Source: Eutreptiella sp. 'Long Island Sound 2002' (lineage: Eukaryota; Protista; Euglenida). Taken from it: DNA of 64,000 bases. A program made the position numbers and the translations under genes. Location: the NCBI GenBank assembly GCA_964036045.1, contig OZ038379.1:31558001-31622000 (forward strand). The letters are read 5' to 3'. Under the pieces are notes generated by a model, which was not told the DNA's origin, searched no databases, and saw only the letters and a program-made list of their open reading frames with translations. Shown in pieces: positions 49,751 to 60,433 of the stretch (positions are counted from its first letter, which is position 1; every line of letters starts with the position of its first letter).

Positions 49751-51620
49751 TTACGACCGCGGCCCCCCATGCACAACCCACGACACGTCAAAGTATGCAA
49801 ACAACCATGTCATGCACTGTGCTTGCACATTGGCCTCCCTGTGGATGGCCGACCACTGACAACCCGACACCTCGTCCACCCCCTCCACCCGACAGGCCCC
49901 CCTCCCCCGGTTGCTGTGCTCGTTGTGACCATGTTTCAGAAAGCGGTTAATGCTTTCCGAAATGTCACCCGAGAACATAGCCAGGCCAAATGGCTTAATG
50001 TTCTGCAACATGGTATCTACATCATGCTCAAGGCTTAATAGATACCATGATGTTCTTCCGACAGTACAGTGGCACCTTAATCGCGGGCCACGGCAGCACA
50101 ATTCAATGGGTTAGGGCCCTGATATGTACAATAGAGGGGTTGCAGCAGGTCCCACATGTTCGCGATGGCCTTGTACTTGGCCGTGCTTGGCCTAATGCCG
50201 AGGCACTTAGCAATATCCGGCCATGCGTCAAAAAAATTGGCCGTCTCTTCCCCGTCCGGGGAAGCTGACCCATAAACGCTCCAACCTGCACGCCTCTCCG
50301 ACAGGAGAACTTGCAGGTCTTGACGGAGCGCAGGGGTGGCCGACCTAGCCTCCCGGTCGACAAACTCCCCCAACAAGCGGCCCATGGCCATTGTCAAGTG
50401 CAAAATGCACAAGACGACTGAGGCACGTGGCAATTTCAAAATGCGCTGCGTACTGCAGCCAGCGGCTTGTCAGGAAGGCGTCCCAAGGAGGAAGGCCGTG
50501 TAGTTGGCCTCATCACCCTCCATGGTCCGCAGGTTAGCACTACCCTCCCAAGTCTTCGTTTGGGCATTCCATATCCCCTCATTGAACATGGAGCCCACTT
50601 GGGGGCATGTGGACACCCCGACCACCCTTCGCGTCCACGGTTGATCCCCCCCGAGGATCACCTTTGCCTCCTCCTTGGAGGCCCCCTATTGGACCAGCCC
50701 CGTGTCGATGATATCTTGAATCACCTAAACACGAAACATGGGGGGTGGTTAATTTCGTTCTAGTCTAGTCTAATCTAGCGTCTAGCGAGCGGTGTTTGAG
50801 GCCGACTAGATCGAAACTAGAACGAGTGAAAGGCACTAGGTGAGAGGAGTACCTCCGAATTGCGCCTCCACAACGTGCCAAGGGTGTCCATGGCCTTGTC
50901 ATCGCAATTGGCCATGCTCAACACCCAAAGGCCTGCCGGGGAGCGGGCCAAGCGGTCGGAGTTGGCCAAGGAGATGGTGAGTTGGGTCCAATTGCCCCCG
51001 GCCACGGGGTAGGCATCTCCCCGGACGATGAACGTCAACGGGAAGGTGCGGTTGATTGACCGCACCAAGCCCGGCCGGGAGAGGATGTATGTGACCCATG
51101 AGGCGAAGGGCCATGAGATCCCGGTGGCCTTGGGCAACACTCTGGCAACGGGGTCATCCAATTGCACCGGGGCGACCAACTCCTTCCAACGGGCTTGGAA
51201 AGCCCGCTCGGTACAAATTGGACGGGAGTAGGGGCCACTAGGGACGGTGCGGTGGTACTCCAACTTACGGAGCGTGTAGAGCTCCGAGAGGGTCCTCCAC
51301 GAGGACTTGGGGGGCCTCATGTTGAGCACTAGTTCACACATGGCGGTGGGGGGGAGTAGGGAGGCGGCGTATGCCTCAACGGCGGCCTTGCATGCCTCAC
51401 CCGTGGTATGGGTAGAAGTGGCGGAGTTCACATATTGGACGGCGTTGTTGAATTGCCGCCGTGCTAGGGGGCATGATAGCGCCCACGTGGCCAAGTAATT
51501 GCCCACCCGCTCATCCTTGAGGTTAGATGCCCTACTCAACTCCCGTAGTGCCTTAGACAAGAGGGAAGTATCCTTCCCGGTTGAAGAGGGAGCAAGGGGG
51601 GAAGTGGTGGGGCGTTTCAT
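49751..51620 (-). pseudogene. DDE transposase (~580 aa, exons 51620-50853 and 50724-49751), RAG1/Transib/CMC-like
   Basis: Motifs FIVRGD (D~202), VILGGDQ (D~283), CILH (CxxH), PDGEE and FSGDISESINRFLK..N.HS.R (E~512). Lesions: in-frame stops at 50686-88 and 50470-72, and a frameshift near 50080. Confidence 0.8.
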
Positions 51621-52149
51621 TGCAAAGAAATGTGCAATATCTAAGCGGGAAAGAAGGAAGCATGGAACAATGCACTACGGACAATAGCAAGCATGCACGG
51701 TGCAACGATGAAGAAATTGGCACATCTGGGTAGACATTATATCGTTCTAGTATTGATCTAATCTAGGCTAGAACATCTAGAACATCTAGGCTAGAGTGTT
51801 CTAGGCTAGAACGAGATTGGGTCTTCTAGCGTGTACCAAGGGTGGTGCTACCGCTACACTGCGGCGACCAAGAAAGCCAAACTTGGCACCAGTGCCCATG
51901 GTTCTGGTCCACCTTGGCTGACACTGAGTTTCTTTGCACACCACAGGTGATCAGGTACAGACACTAACATGACCGACAGATGCTCCGGTGTCACGGATGT
52001 ATCACAGACATGTGCATACCGGATGAGATTGTACTGCATGTGAGTGGCGTCACCGGTCAGCCCCAATTACCGGATCAGCCCTACACCGGAAGTAAGGGTT
52101 GAAAGTGCCTATGGGGGGGGCGCTTTCAGTCAATGAGATACCGACCATC

Positions 52150-52790
52150 AACCCCCCTATTGAGCGCCTGCGGGGGATTGTAGCCCCCAACCGTGCGGGC
52201 CCACTGGCTTGAGAGACGGGGAGCCTTGCCCAATTTGTGGTCGCTGCCTATGGAGCGCCTGCGGGGGAAGGCAGCCCCCAACAGTGAGGGCCCAAGGGCT
52301 TGGGGGATGGGGAGTCTTGCCCAGTCGGTGGTTGTTGCCTATGGAGCGCATGCGGGGGATGGCAGCCCCTAGTGGCGCGGGCCCATGGGCTGGCGGGATG
52401 GGGAGTCCTACCCGGTCGGTGGTGTTGCCTATGGAGCGCCTCCAGGGGATGCAGCCCCCAACGGTGCACGCCCACGGGCTGTGGGAACGGGCAGCCGTGC
52501 TCAGTTGGTGGTTGTTGCCTATGGAGCGCCTACGGGGGATGGCTGCCCCCAACGGCGCGGGCCCATGGGCTGGGGGGAATGGGACTCCTACCCGGTTTGC
52601 GTTCGCTGCCAATGAATCGCCTGCGGGGGATGGCAGCCCCAACGGTGCGGGCCCACAGGCTAGGGGGACGGGGAGTACTTACTGCCTAGTCGGTGGTTGT
52701 TGCCTATGCAGCACCTGCGGTGGATGGTAGCCCCCAACGGCGCAAGCCCATGGGCTGGGGGGATGGGGAGTCTTGCCCTGCCTAGGGGGG
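52150..52790 (+). repeat. Second array of the ~90-bp satellite, about 7 units
   Basis: CCTATGG at 52247, 52338, 52428 and onward, in the same orientation as 38095-40760. Confidence 0.9.
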
Positions 52791-52799
52791 TTGCAAGCA

Positions 52800-53750
52800 G
52801 GCATAATAGGCAAGTAGTACCGGGGACCATAACCTCGGGGTAGCAGCAGCGGGTCCTTCGCACCCGGTCCAACAAGTTGCGGGCGCGAGTCCCTTTAACC
52901 AGACACCATGAGTTCTGCCGGGGCTTAACTCCTGAACAAGTACAAAACTAAGGGCCCCCTTGGGCAGCTTAAGCCCACTGAGATGCGACCAGGCGTGGCC
53001 ACCAGCAATTACGTTTGGCCTGCCATACCGTGGTGAACCGGGCTGCCTCGTTGAGGCCGGTTGAGTCCAGCTCTTGGGGGGCGCAATGAACAGACCTTGG
53101 GGGAGGCCCTTTAACCCTTTAAGCATTAAATACGGCAATATTGCGCTATGTTTGAGTTATTACGCAGCGCAGTGTTTTACCCTGCTGACATGCCCCTTCC
53201 GGTGGTGCGCTCGCCATTGGGGCTACCGTTGGGGAATCGTGGGCTGTTGCCCCTCCCGAACGCCCTCTCTGGTCTGGGCGCCGGGGTGGTGGCCCGGGGG
53301 CCTTGTACCTTACCTATACTGGTATAAGCGGATTCCCATACTAGGGTGTCTAGCTGGACGGGTGCCCGCAGGGACCCGGTAACACAAAATGAGACGGAAA
53401 CCCAAAGGGGACGAGAACACCAGCATTGCCACTGGCCTTTCCCAGCAATCTCTCCGAGAAAGCGTTCGAGCATTAGCCAAGACCCTGGTACCAGCGTGTC
53501 GGAATATCATATTTGTCTGCCTGTTCGCCACTTTTGCAAGGCAGAGCCCTGGCACCGAGCTTCACCCGCAGTCCTCGGCAAGAGAGAGCTTGCATCAACC
53601 AGCAAAAAGAATACTCGCTACTACAACCAAGATCTGCACAATGGGATACTTCCCTCCAGGTCACCCCGGAGCCAGCACCGCAAGCCCTTGCGTCTCGCCT
53701 ACGCACTGCTACACCTACCCCGCCTGGCCTGGGGGTTACGGGTCCTACTA
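52800..53750 (-). mobile_element. Possible 3' remnant of another LINE
   Basis: Minus-strand AWSHLSGLKLPKGALSFV resembles the 'W..L..L.+P' zf-RVT lead-in seen at ~44985. Heavily decayed. Confidence 0.3.
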
Positions 53751-54270
53751 GGCCGTCCCACTACTCCCTGCTGCCCTGCAGGTCCCCACGCTCTCCCCAT
53801 GACCTGCTCCCCCTCGGCCCCCTGCCCTGCTACCCTCACGCAAACGTGGCTGCAACGTTGATGGTAGGGCCCCGCCTCTGGGGGGGCCTCCACGTCGTCG
53901 GCTGTCGTTCGTGTGGGAAGGTGGGTGTGGGTGGGCATGGGATGGGGGGAGAGACGGAGGGGCAGCGGTGGGGGGCGCAACAGCACATAGCGCGGGGGGG
54001 GGGGGGGGGCGTGCCGGGGTGCTGTGGAGGGCCCTGTGTGTGGGGCGGGCTTGTGTGGGGGAGACGAGGGGAGGCTTTGTCAGCCATCCTTGCTAGGGGT
54101 CACTGGCCGTTCCCGATGCCCAGGCGGCCGGTACTAGGGGGCTAGGGGATCCCCAGGGCTGGTGTTTGGCACTAGGACGTGTGCACCGCCCAAAGGGCGG
54201 TGCCCGGGCCCTGTCGTGTGGGGCTTCGCACCCAGCAGTCAGCCCATGGGTAGAGCCGGGGAGTACTCAG

Positions 54271-54445
54271 GTGATGTGATGTGATGTGATCTGATGTGAT
54301 GTGATGTGATGTGATGTGATGTGATGTGATGTGATGTGATGTGATGTGATGTGATGTGATGTGATGTGATGTGATGTGATGTGATGTGATGTGATGTGAT
54401 GTGATGTGATGTGATGTGGTGTGGTGTGGTGTGGTGTGGTGTGAT
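54271..54445. repeat. (TGATG)n/(TGGTG)n microsatellite
   Basis: Direct inspection. Confidence 0.95.
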
Positions 54446-54951
54446 GTGATGGTGGTCCGTTACGTGGCATGACGTGCTGTGCTGTGCTGTGATGGGGTGG
54501 GGTTGGGTGGGGTGCGATGGCATGCTGTGGCGTAACGTGACGTGATGTGACGTGGTGTGGTGTGGTGTTGTGTAATATAATGTGATGTGATGCGTCGTTT
54601 TGGCCGGGTCCGTACCGATCCCTGTCCTCTTGTTGCGGATAGATAGTAGGGCCGCAGTAGGACAGCAGTAGCCTATGGACAAGACCCAACCCCCCCCCTC
54701 GCCAGGGGAAGTGGGGTTTCCAGAAACGATGGTGACAACATTCGTTGGAGGGAAAGCCTCTGTAGGTGCCCAAAATCATGTCTCTTTCCCTTGTTTTGCC
54801 CCGGTGCCTGGTGTACCATGTTCGCAACGACATGTGGTCCCGCATCGAGGCCTCATCTGCGATCCACAGGAACGGGAGTTGGGTTGTCTAAAGAGGGGTC
54901 TTGAAGGGTCCCCAAGTCAATTGTTGCGACCGTACACCCACTGCCCCGCAG

Positions 54952-55416
54952 GTAAAGCAGGCAGACAGTAGTGCCGAGCCTTCATTGGGCGCTGCGACGC
55001 TGCAAACTGCCACTGCGTTGGTATTTGCTGGTGGGGCCGATTTCCGTCTGGATCTCAAGGGCTCCGACGGCCAGAGCACCGGATTTCTGACGCTGTCCAT
55101 CCGCTCCCCAAGCCCTGAGACACTCTCAGAGGCCGATAGTCCATGGCCAACGAGTGCGCCTCGTCCACGGCCCGTGGCAACCGCAGCCCAAACCAGTCTC
55201 AAGGGACCGGCAACGCCTCCCGAGGGGACCCGCGACCTGAGGGTCGAGCTGCTGCAGGTGTCCGGACTGCCAGCAGCCCCCCGCGATGTGTACGTCGTGT
55301 TTTGGGCCGGCACCCAGAGCCACAGGACACGTCCGCAGCCGGTGTGCGATGGGAGTGTGAGTTGGCACGAGGCCTTCACCGTGTACTTTGGCCCCCGGGA
55401 TGAGATGATCTTTCAG
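54952..55416 (+). CDS. Gene 2 exon 6: end of C2-7, start of C2-8
   Basis: 155 codons, phase 0/0. VKQADSSAEPSLGAATLQ...SVSWHEAFTVYFGPRDEMIFQ, paralogous to exons 4 and 5. Confidence 0.88.
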
Positions 55417-55878
55417 GTGCCGTCTGCATTGCAGTGCTCCACCCACAACGCACCCTCCAGAGCCCTGTGCCTGCACTCTCTTCTGCGTACACCCCCGGCG
55501 CTTTGTAGACAGACTAGATACGAGTGTCGGTCAGGATAAATCTCTGCATTGACAAGCGGTGTAGCCTCTCCAGAAGACCCCCCCATCCAATCCTCTTGGC
55601 TGCTGGAGGGGTGCCTGCCTGCTGCTACCTGCCTGCCGATGCTTGCAGCTTGTTCCTTGCTGCTCACTGACGGCTGGTCTGCTGGTCCGCCGGCTGCTTG
55701 TTGGCTGCACCCGCTGCTGTGTCTCCCTTGTTCAGCGCCCCCTGCTCCTGGTGGCTCATGGTTAACTGCGGAACTGGGCCTTCAATGCCACCTCAGGTCG
55801 TAGGTTGACAAGGCAGGGCAGCTCCGTAAGGCCCGACTCCCGCCCCACTTTCCCTTGCGGTACGGTGCCATACATCAG

Positions 55879-58422
55879 GTCAAGCAGCCGGACAGGGACT
55901 CTGAGCCCTTGAGCTCCGTCGCCCTGGGCAGCCATGCAGTGGGCTCTTTGGCAACCGGCAGCCAAGCCCGCCTCGCCCTGCACGACGCCAAGGGCAGCAG
56001 CGCAGGCTATCTGTCGTTGTGCATTCACACAACTGCGTCTCAGCAACCGTCTGCCGCTGAGGACAAGGGCGGCGTGCAGGCGTCGCGTTCGGGTGACGAT
56101 CGGAGGTGCGGAGGCAGCTCATCTGCGAGGACCACGGCGACGGTACCCGCAGCCGTACGCAGTGAAGTTCAGACCCCGGGGCAGAAACCAGCAACGGCCC
56201 AGGCACAGGCACAATCACAGACCGTCGCGCAGGCCCAGGTACAGGCCTTGGTCCAGTCCCATCCGCGAGCACAGGCACAGGCATGGGCGGAGACGCAGGC
56301 GCAGGCCGAGGCGTTGGCGCGGCTGCAGGCGCAGGTCGAGGCACACGGGCGGGCGCTTGCGGAAGCGCAGTCCGAGGGGCAGGCACAGGCGCAGGCCCTG
56401 GCATTGGCTGAGGCCCGTCTGAGGGCGGAGATGGAGGCAAAGCTGCACGTCGAAGCCCAGCTCCACGCGTTCGCCAAGGCCCAAACGGAGGCGCAGCCTC
56501 ACGAGCCGCCGCCACCGCCACCGGACATTTTCGGGCCTGGCACGGCGGGCCGACTGGAGCTCCCGGCAGACTGCACGCCTTCCGTCGGGTACTCGGCGCC
56601 CTATCCAGTGCCCTATCCGGTCCCTTACACGGACCCCTCCCCGTACCCTGCGGCCCCTTCGGTGAGATCCCACACCGACGCCAGCACTTCCACCGAAACG
56701 TGGAACAGCGCCGGCGCTGACACGGACACTGGGCACAGCGTGAGCACTGGTACCGCCAGCGTCGTCATGGACCGCAGGGCCGGCGACAGCACCAGACAAG
56801 ACATGGGGCAGGAGGCGGCCGGGGCGGTGTATGCGGGGCGCAGCCCCCGCGCCGCTGTGCTCAGTGCGGCGCACGTGCACACCTTTGCGGTCTGCATCGC
56901 GTGCTTCGCCGATGCTGGGTCAGGGCTGGAGGGCCGCACGCTGCACGCGGCCCTGGAGGTGTCCGGAGGGGCGGAGCAGCGCACCACCACCCGGCGCCAC
57001 TGCGACGGCTGCACTGTCTGGGACGAGGCGCTTGTGGTGGCGCTTGCGCCCGACGGCATCTTGGCGGTGCGCGTGCGCGACACTGCGGCCCCTGGGGCCG
57101 GGCTTGTGGGGTTTGCCACTCTTGACACGCCGGCGGTGGCGGCGGCCGCGCGCAGCAGTGCGCCCTTTTGGCGCAGCCTCATCAGCGCCAGCGGCCGCGC
57201 GGCGGGGGAGCTGCTGCTTCGGGTCACGGACTCAGAGAGCCCACTGGCCGCGGCCCTGGGGACATACGAGCGCCGCGTCGCCTACACCGACGGCGGGCCC
57301 CTGGCAGCATGGCCGGTGTCGCGGGCCGCCAGGGCCCGCTCCGCGTCGCCCACGGGTGCCGTCCGCGCGGCATCGCCCACGCGGTTGTCTGCCAAAAGGG
57401 ACAAGAAGTCGAGGGGGGCGCACAAATCGGGCACCAAAGGCAAGACAAAGAGGGCCGCTGCCCCCACGTCGGCGCCCTCCTCCCCGACCCTGTTCGCCGC
57501 ATCAGGGCCGTACTGGGCCCCTACAGGGGGGGCGCGGTCGGACTGGTCCGCGGCAGAGCTGCAGGCGGCGTACGCCATGGCGGACCGGGCGTCCGTGCCG
57601 GGCGGCAGGCACGCGCCACCCCCGCGGGTGGCTGCGGTCTGGGACGGCACCTACGTGCACCCCGGGGCTGGGGAGCGATGGCCGGCGTACCGCAGCCAGA
57701 GCTCAGTCCCGCATGTGGGCCGCACGGTCCATGGGGATGCGGCAGCTGGGGCTCCGGGGTCCACAGCTCCGCCCGCAGCGGACCACAGGAAGCGGGATGG
57801 CGATCTGAGGGACGGGGACAGGGACGTAGACCGCAACCGGGCGGCGTCCTGGGACTGCGATCAGGACTGGGAGGGTGATCGGGATCGGGACAGAGACGGC
57901 AACAAACTGAGGGGAGGAGGGCGACCCCGTGACAGAGAGAGTGACGGGGCCCAGGGCCGGAACAGCAGCAGCGACGGGGACGGGGCTGGGGCCCATTCAG
58001 CCGAGAGGGTGTTGCTCAGTCTCTGCAAAGTTGTGGCCACCGGGCGGGCCCCATTCGCCGGGGGTTTCTCCGCCGCGCTGCACCTGCGGGGCACCACCGT
58101 GTGCACGGGGGAGGGGAGTGCGGAGGGGGGGCTGGTCACGTGGTCCGACAAGTTCCAGCTGCTGGTCCGGCCCGACGACTTCCTGCGCCTCACCGTTCTG
58201 CACGGGAGCGCCCCTGCGACAGACCCCGCCTTCAGCCCCGATGAGCCCCTCCTTACGAGCCGTGTGCTGGGGACGTGCCGCATTCATGGCCAAACGGTGC
58301 TGACACACCGGGGCGAGGCTTTCTGGATGGATCTTGTGGACGGCCAGGGCAGCGTCGTGGCGGAAGTGCAATTGGGTTTGGACTGCATGGGCCCCCCGTC
58401 GGGGGACAGCGCACAGACCTAG
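55879..58422 (+). CDS. Gene 2 exon 7 (terminal): end of C2-8, QA-rich coil, C2-9, C2-10, stop
   Basis: CAG|GTC AAG acceptor and 848 codons to TAG. C2-like CTVWDEALVV and LVTWSDKFQLLV motifs. Confidence 0.88.
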   Translation, partial: VKQPDRDSEPLSSVALGSHAVGSLATGSQARLALHDAKGSSAGYLSLCIHTTASQQPSAAEDKGGVQASRSGDDRRCGGSSSARTTATVPAAVRSEVQTPGQKPATAQAQAQSQTVAQAQVQALVQSHPRAQAQAWAETQAQAEALARLQAQVEAHGRALAEAQSEGQAQAQALALAEARLRAEMEAKLHVEAQLHAFAKAQTEAQPHEPPPPPPDIFGPGTAGRLELPADCTPSVGYSAPYPVPYPVPYTDPSPYPAAPSVRSHTDASTSTETWNSAGADTDTGHSVSTGTASVVMDRRAGDSTRQDMGQEAAGAVYAGRSPRAAVLSAAHVHTFAVCIACFADAGSGLEGRTLHAALEVSGGAEQRTTTRRHCDGCTVWDEALVVALAPDGILAVRVRDTAAPGAGLVGFATLDTPAVAAAARSSAPFWRSLISASGRAAGELLLRVTDSESPLAAALGTYERRVAYTDGGPLAAWPVSRAARARSASPTGAVRAASPTRLSAKRDKKSRGAHKSGTKGKTKRAAAPTSAPSSPTLFAASGPYWAPTGGARSDWSAAELQAAYAMADRASVPGGRHAPPPRVAAVWDGTYVHPGAGERWPAYRSQSSVPHVGRTVHGDAAAGAPGSTAPPAADHRKRDGDLRDGDRDVDRNRAASWDCDQDWEGDRDRDRDGNKLRGGGRPRDRESDGAQGRNSSSDGDGAGAHSAERVLLSLCKVVATGRAPFAGGFSAALHLRGTTVCTGEGSAEGGLVTWSDKFQLLVRPDDFLRLTVLHGSAPATDPAFSPDEPLLTSRVLGTCRIHGQTVLTHRGEAFWMDLVDGQGSVVAEVQLGLDCMGPPSGDSAQT

Positions 58423-60413
58423 TGCGGTGGCACTGGTTGGGGGGGTATGAGCTAGCGATGGTGAGGCAGACGGCTCCGGTTCGCTTTTACCTCTACCCAC
58501 GGGGGGCACCCCCCATTGCGGATGAGCAGGCATATGTCACCATCCTCCACGCTTTCTGCGCCTAATGTACAAGAGGGCCACGGTACTTATTTTGGCGGTG
58601 GTTGGTTTTGCACTACCAAGAATAAAAGAGCCTTTTAGCAATCTGCTGTTTTTGTTGAAGCTACTTTTGGAAGTTTGGATCACAATGTTTTCTCAAGATT
58701 GCTCACTTGTGCATGTGACAATTTGGTGCTTGAATATGTCCACTGTGTCGGGGTGGCTGGGGGGGAAAGGGGGCCTGGCAATGGTCTATGTCAGCAAATG
58801 AAATTCTCAGCATCCCCATTTCCTTCTGTGTATATGGGTTGTTCCTGTTTATTTTTGATGCCAGATTCCGGTCGCTGCATTTACACTGTTCCCCATGGTG
58901 TTTCTTGCACTCCTTGGTGGGTGAGGGGCATAACAGCATCATGTTCAGAACTCATCAATGTTGGGAAAGTACTGTGCCATGGCAGCATTTCCAACTTTGT
59001 ACGAGCTTGCAAATGCGCGCTGCAAATCAATCCATGGGCCCATGTGATGACAACACAACATGCCGTGCCATTCTGTGGTCCCTTGGAATCCTGACAACAT
59101 GCAACTGCAGTAAAGGGATTCGTGTTGCAGAAGAGGGTGGGTCATTGGTACGTCTCCAGGAGGCATTTCATGCACAACCAGGAAAACTGTTTTGGGCGTT
59201 GTTTGGCACAAAGCGAAGAATAGCAATTTCCCCACAAACAATTCAACCTACAGAACCCCACACCCCTGTGCAGCATTACACATAGGGCAAAGGGTTGACT
59301 GAGCATTGTGCTGCGGCCAGCAGCAGCAACAGTGGCAGCCTTTCGACTACCGTTCGCAGCACTGAGCAGGCAGTGGGTTGTGGCCATGTATTGGGTTAGG
59401 AACAGCGAAAGGAAGTGAGCCAGGTGTTCGGTTGTGGGTAGCAGGTCGCTTTCGGCATGTGATATCAAAGGGAGAATGCCACAAAATGTGGTTAGCCAAC
59501 CATGGCAGTTAATGGGAAGCTTTGGTGATCGGTTGTGTTATAGCATGTGGTATGCAGTGACTGGGGACCAGGCAATGGGTGGAATTGATTGGTGATTTGC
59601 ACTCAGCAGGCAGCGGGTCACAAGGGGGGGTTCCGGAATGGGTTATGCAAACGTACTTGGTGACAGGTTGTCAACAGGCCCTGCATCACAACCCCCTGCA
59701 TGCGCAACTGTGGTGCTTCTTATTGCAGGTCACTATTTAACCCGGAATGTCCATGATATACAACAGGAGGTCCAATGCCGCTGGAACCACACCTTCAAAT
59801 GGTTTGCACTGTTTGAGTCTTTGCGGTCACTACATGCCGCCGCATGACCACATACGCTTGGCCAAACTTTAAGATCAGTTGTATGCTGCTGCTGGTGGTG
59901 GTGGTGGTGGTGGTGGTGGTGGTTTGTGGCACCTTGGCCAGAGAGCCTGCTTCGCGCACGGAGGTCAGGGTGGCCTGTTGGTGGGCAGCACACAAGGAGG
60001 GTGCAAAAAATGCACAGCTGCTGAATCAGTGCTATGAGGATGAGCACCGCTTCATGTTGCACATGCTCTCAGATCAATTGTACAACACTTGCTCATGGTC
60101 ATGATCCCAACACCAAGTGCAATACTGTAGGGTCCTTCATCCACACCCCCTGACCCCGGGGGGGGGGGGGCGACTCTGCGGATCCTAGGACGCCAACTAC
60201 CCCTGCCCCCCCCCCCCCCCCCCGCCTAGGGGCCTCCAGCCAACAGTTCGTTGCCAAAGGTGTTGCCCTCAGGCGTCCATGGGCGCAAAGGCGCCTGATG
60301 CTCCATGAACACCAAAGGTGCCCTCAGGAAAATTTTGTCCACTTTGCACCCCAACACTATCCTTAAACCCAACCTTGACTCTAACGCCCACCCCCAACCC
60401 TCGGCCTACTCCT

Positions 60414-60433
60414 ACCCTAACCCTAACCCTAAC
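60414..60433. repeat. Short interstitial (CCCTAA)n telomere-type tract
   Basis: CCCTAACCCTAACCCTAACC preceded by degenerate variants. A similar degenerate tract lies at ~42674-42700. Confidence 0.7.

Larger units (their letters stand above)
46442..51842 (-). mobile_element. TIR DNA transposon (5401 bp) with RAG1/Transib-like transposase and a second ORF; degenerate copy
   Basis: TIR CCCTTGGTACACGCTAGAA(T/G)ACCCAATCTCGTTCTAGCCTAGAAC at 46442-46486 and inverted at 51798-51842 (44/45 identical). Flanks CGGTG (46437-41) and TGGTG (51843-47) form a 5-bp TSD with one mismatch. Confidence 0.9.

Noticed and set aside
46442-51842. Bona fide ProtoRAG with RAG2 and RSS-like ends
   Set aside because: There is no CACAGTG heptamer or nonamer at the termini, ORF2 shows no kelch or PHD pattern, and the genes are tandem rather than convergent.
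23138-58422. Non-conventional (non-GT-AG) euglenid introns in the host genes
   Set aside because: All resolved junctions fit GT-AG with consistent phase, so none needed to be invoked.
60414-60433. True telomere
   Set aside because: Only about 3 perfect units, embedded in ordinary sequence on both sides.
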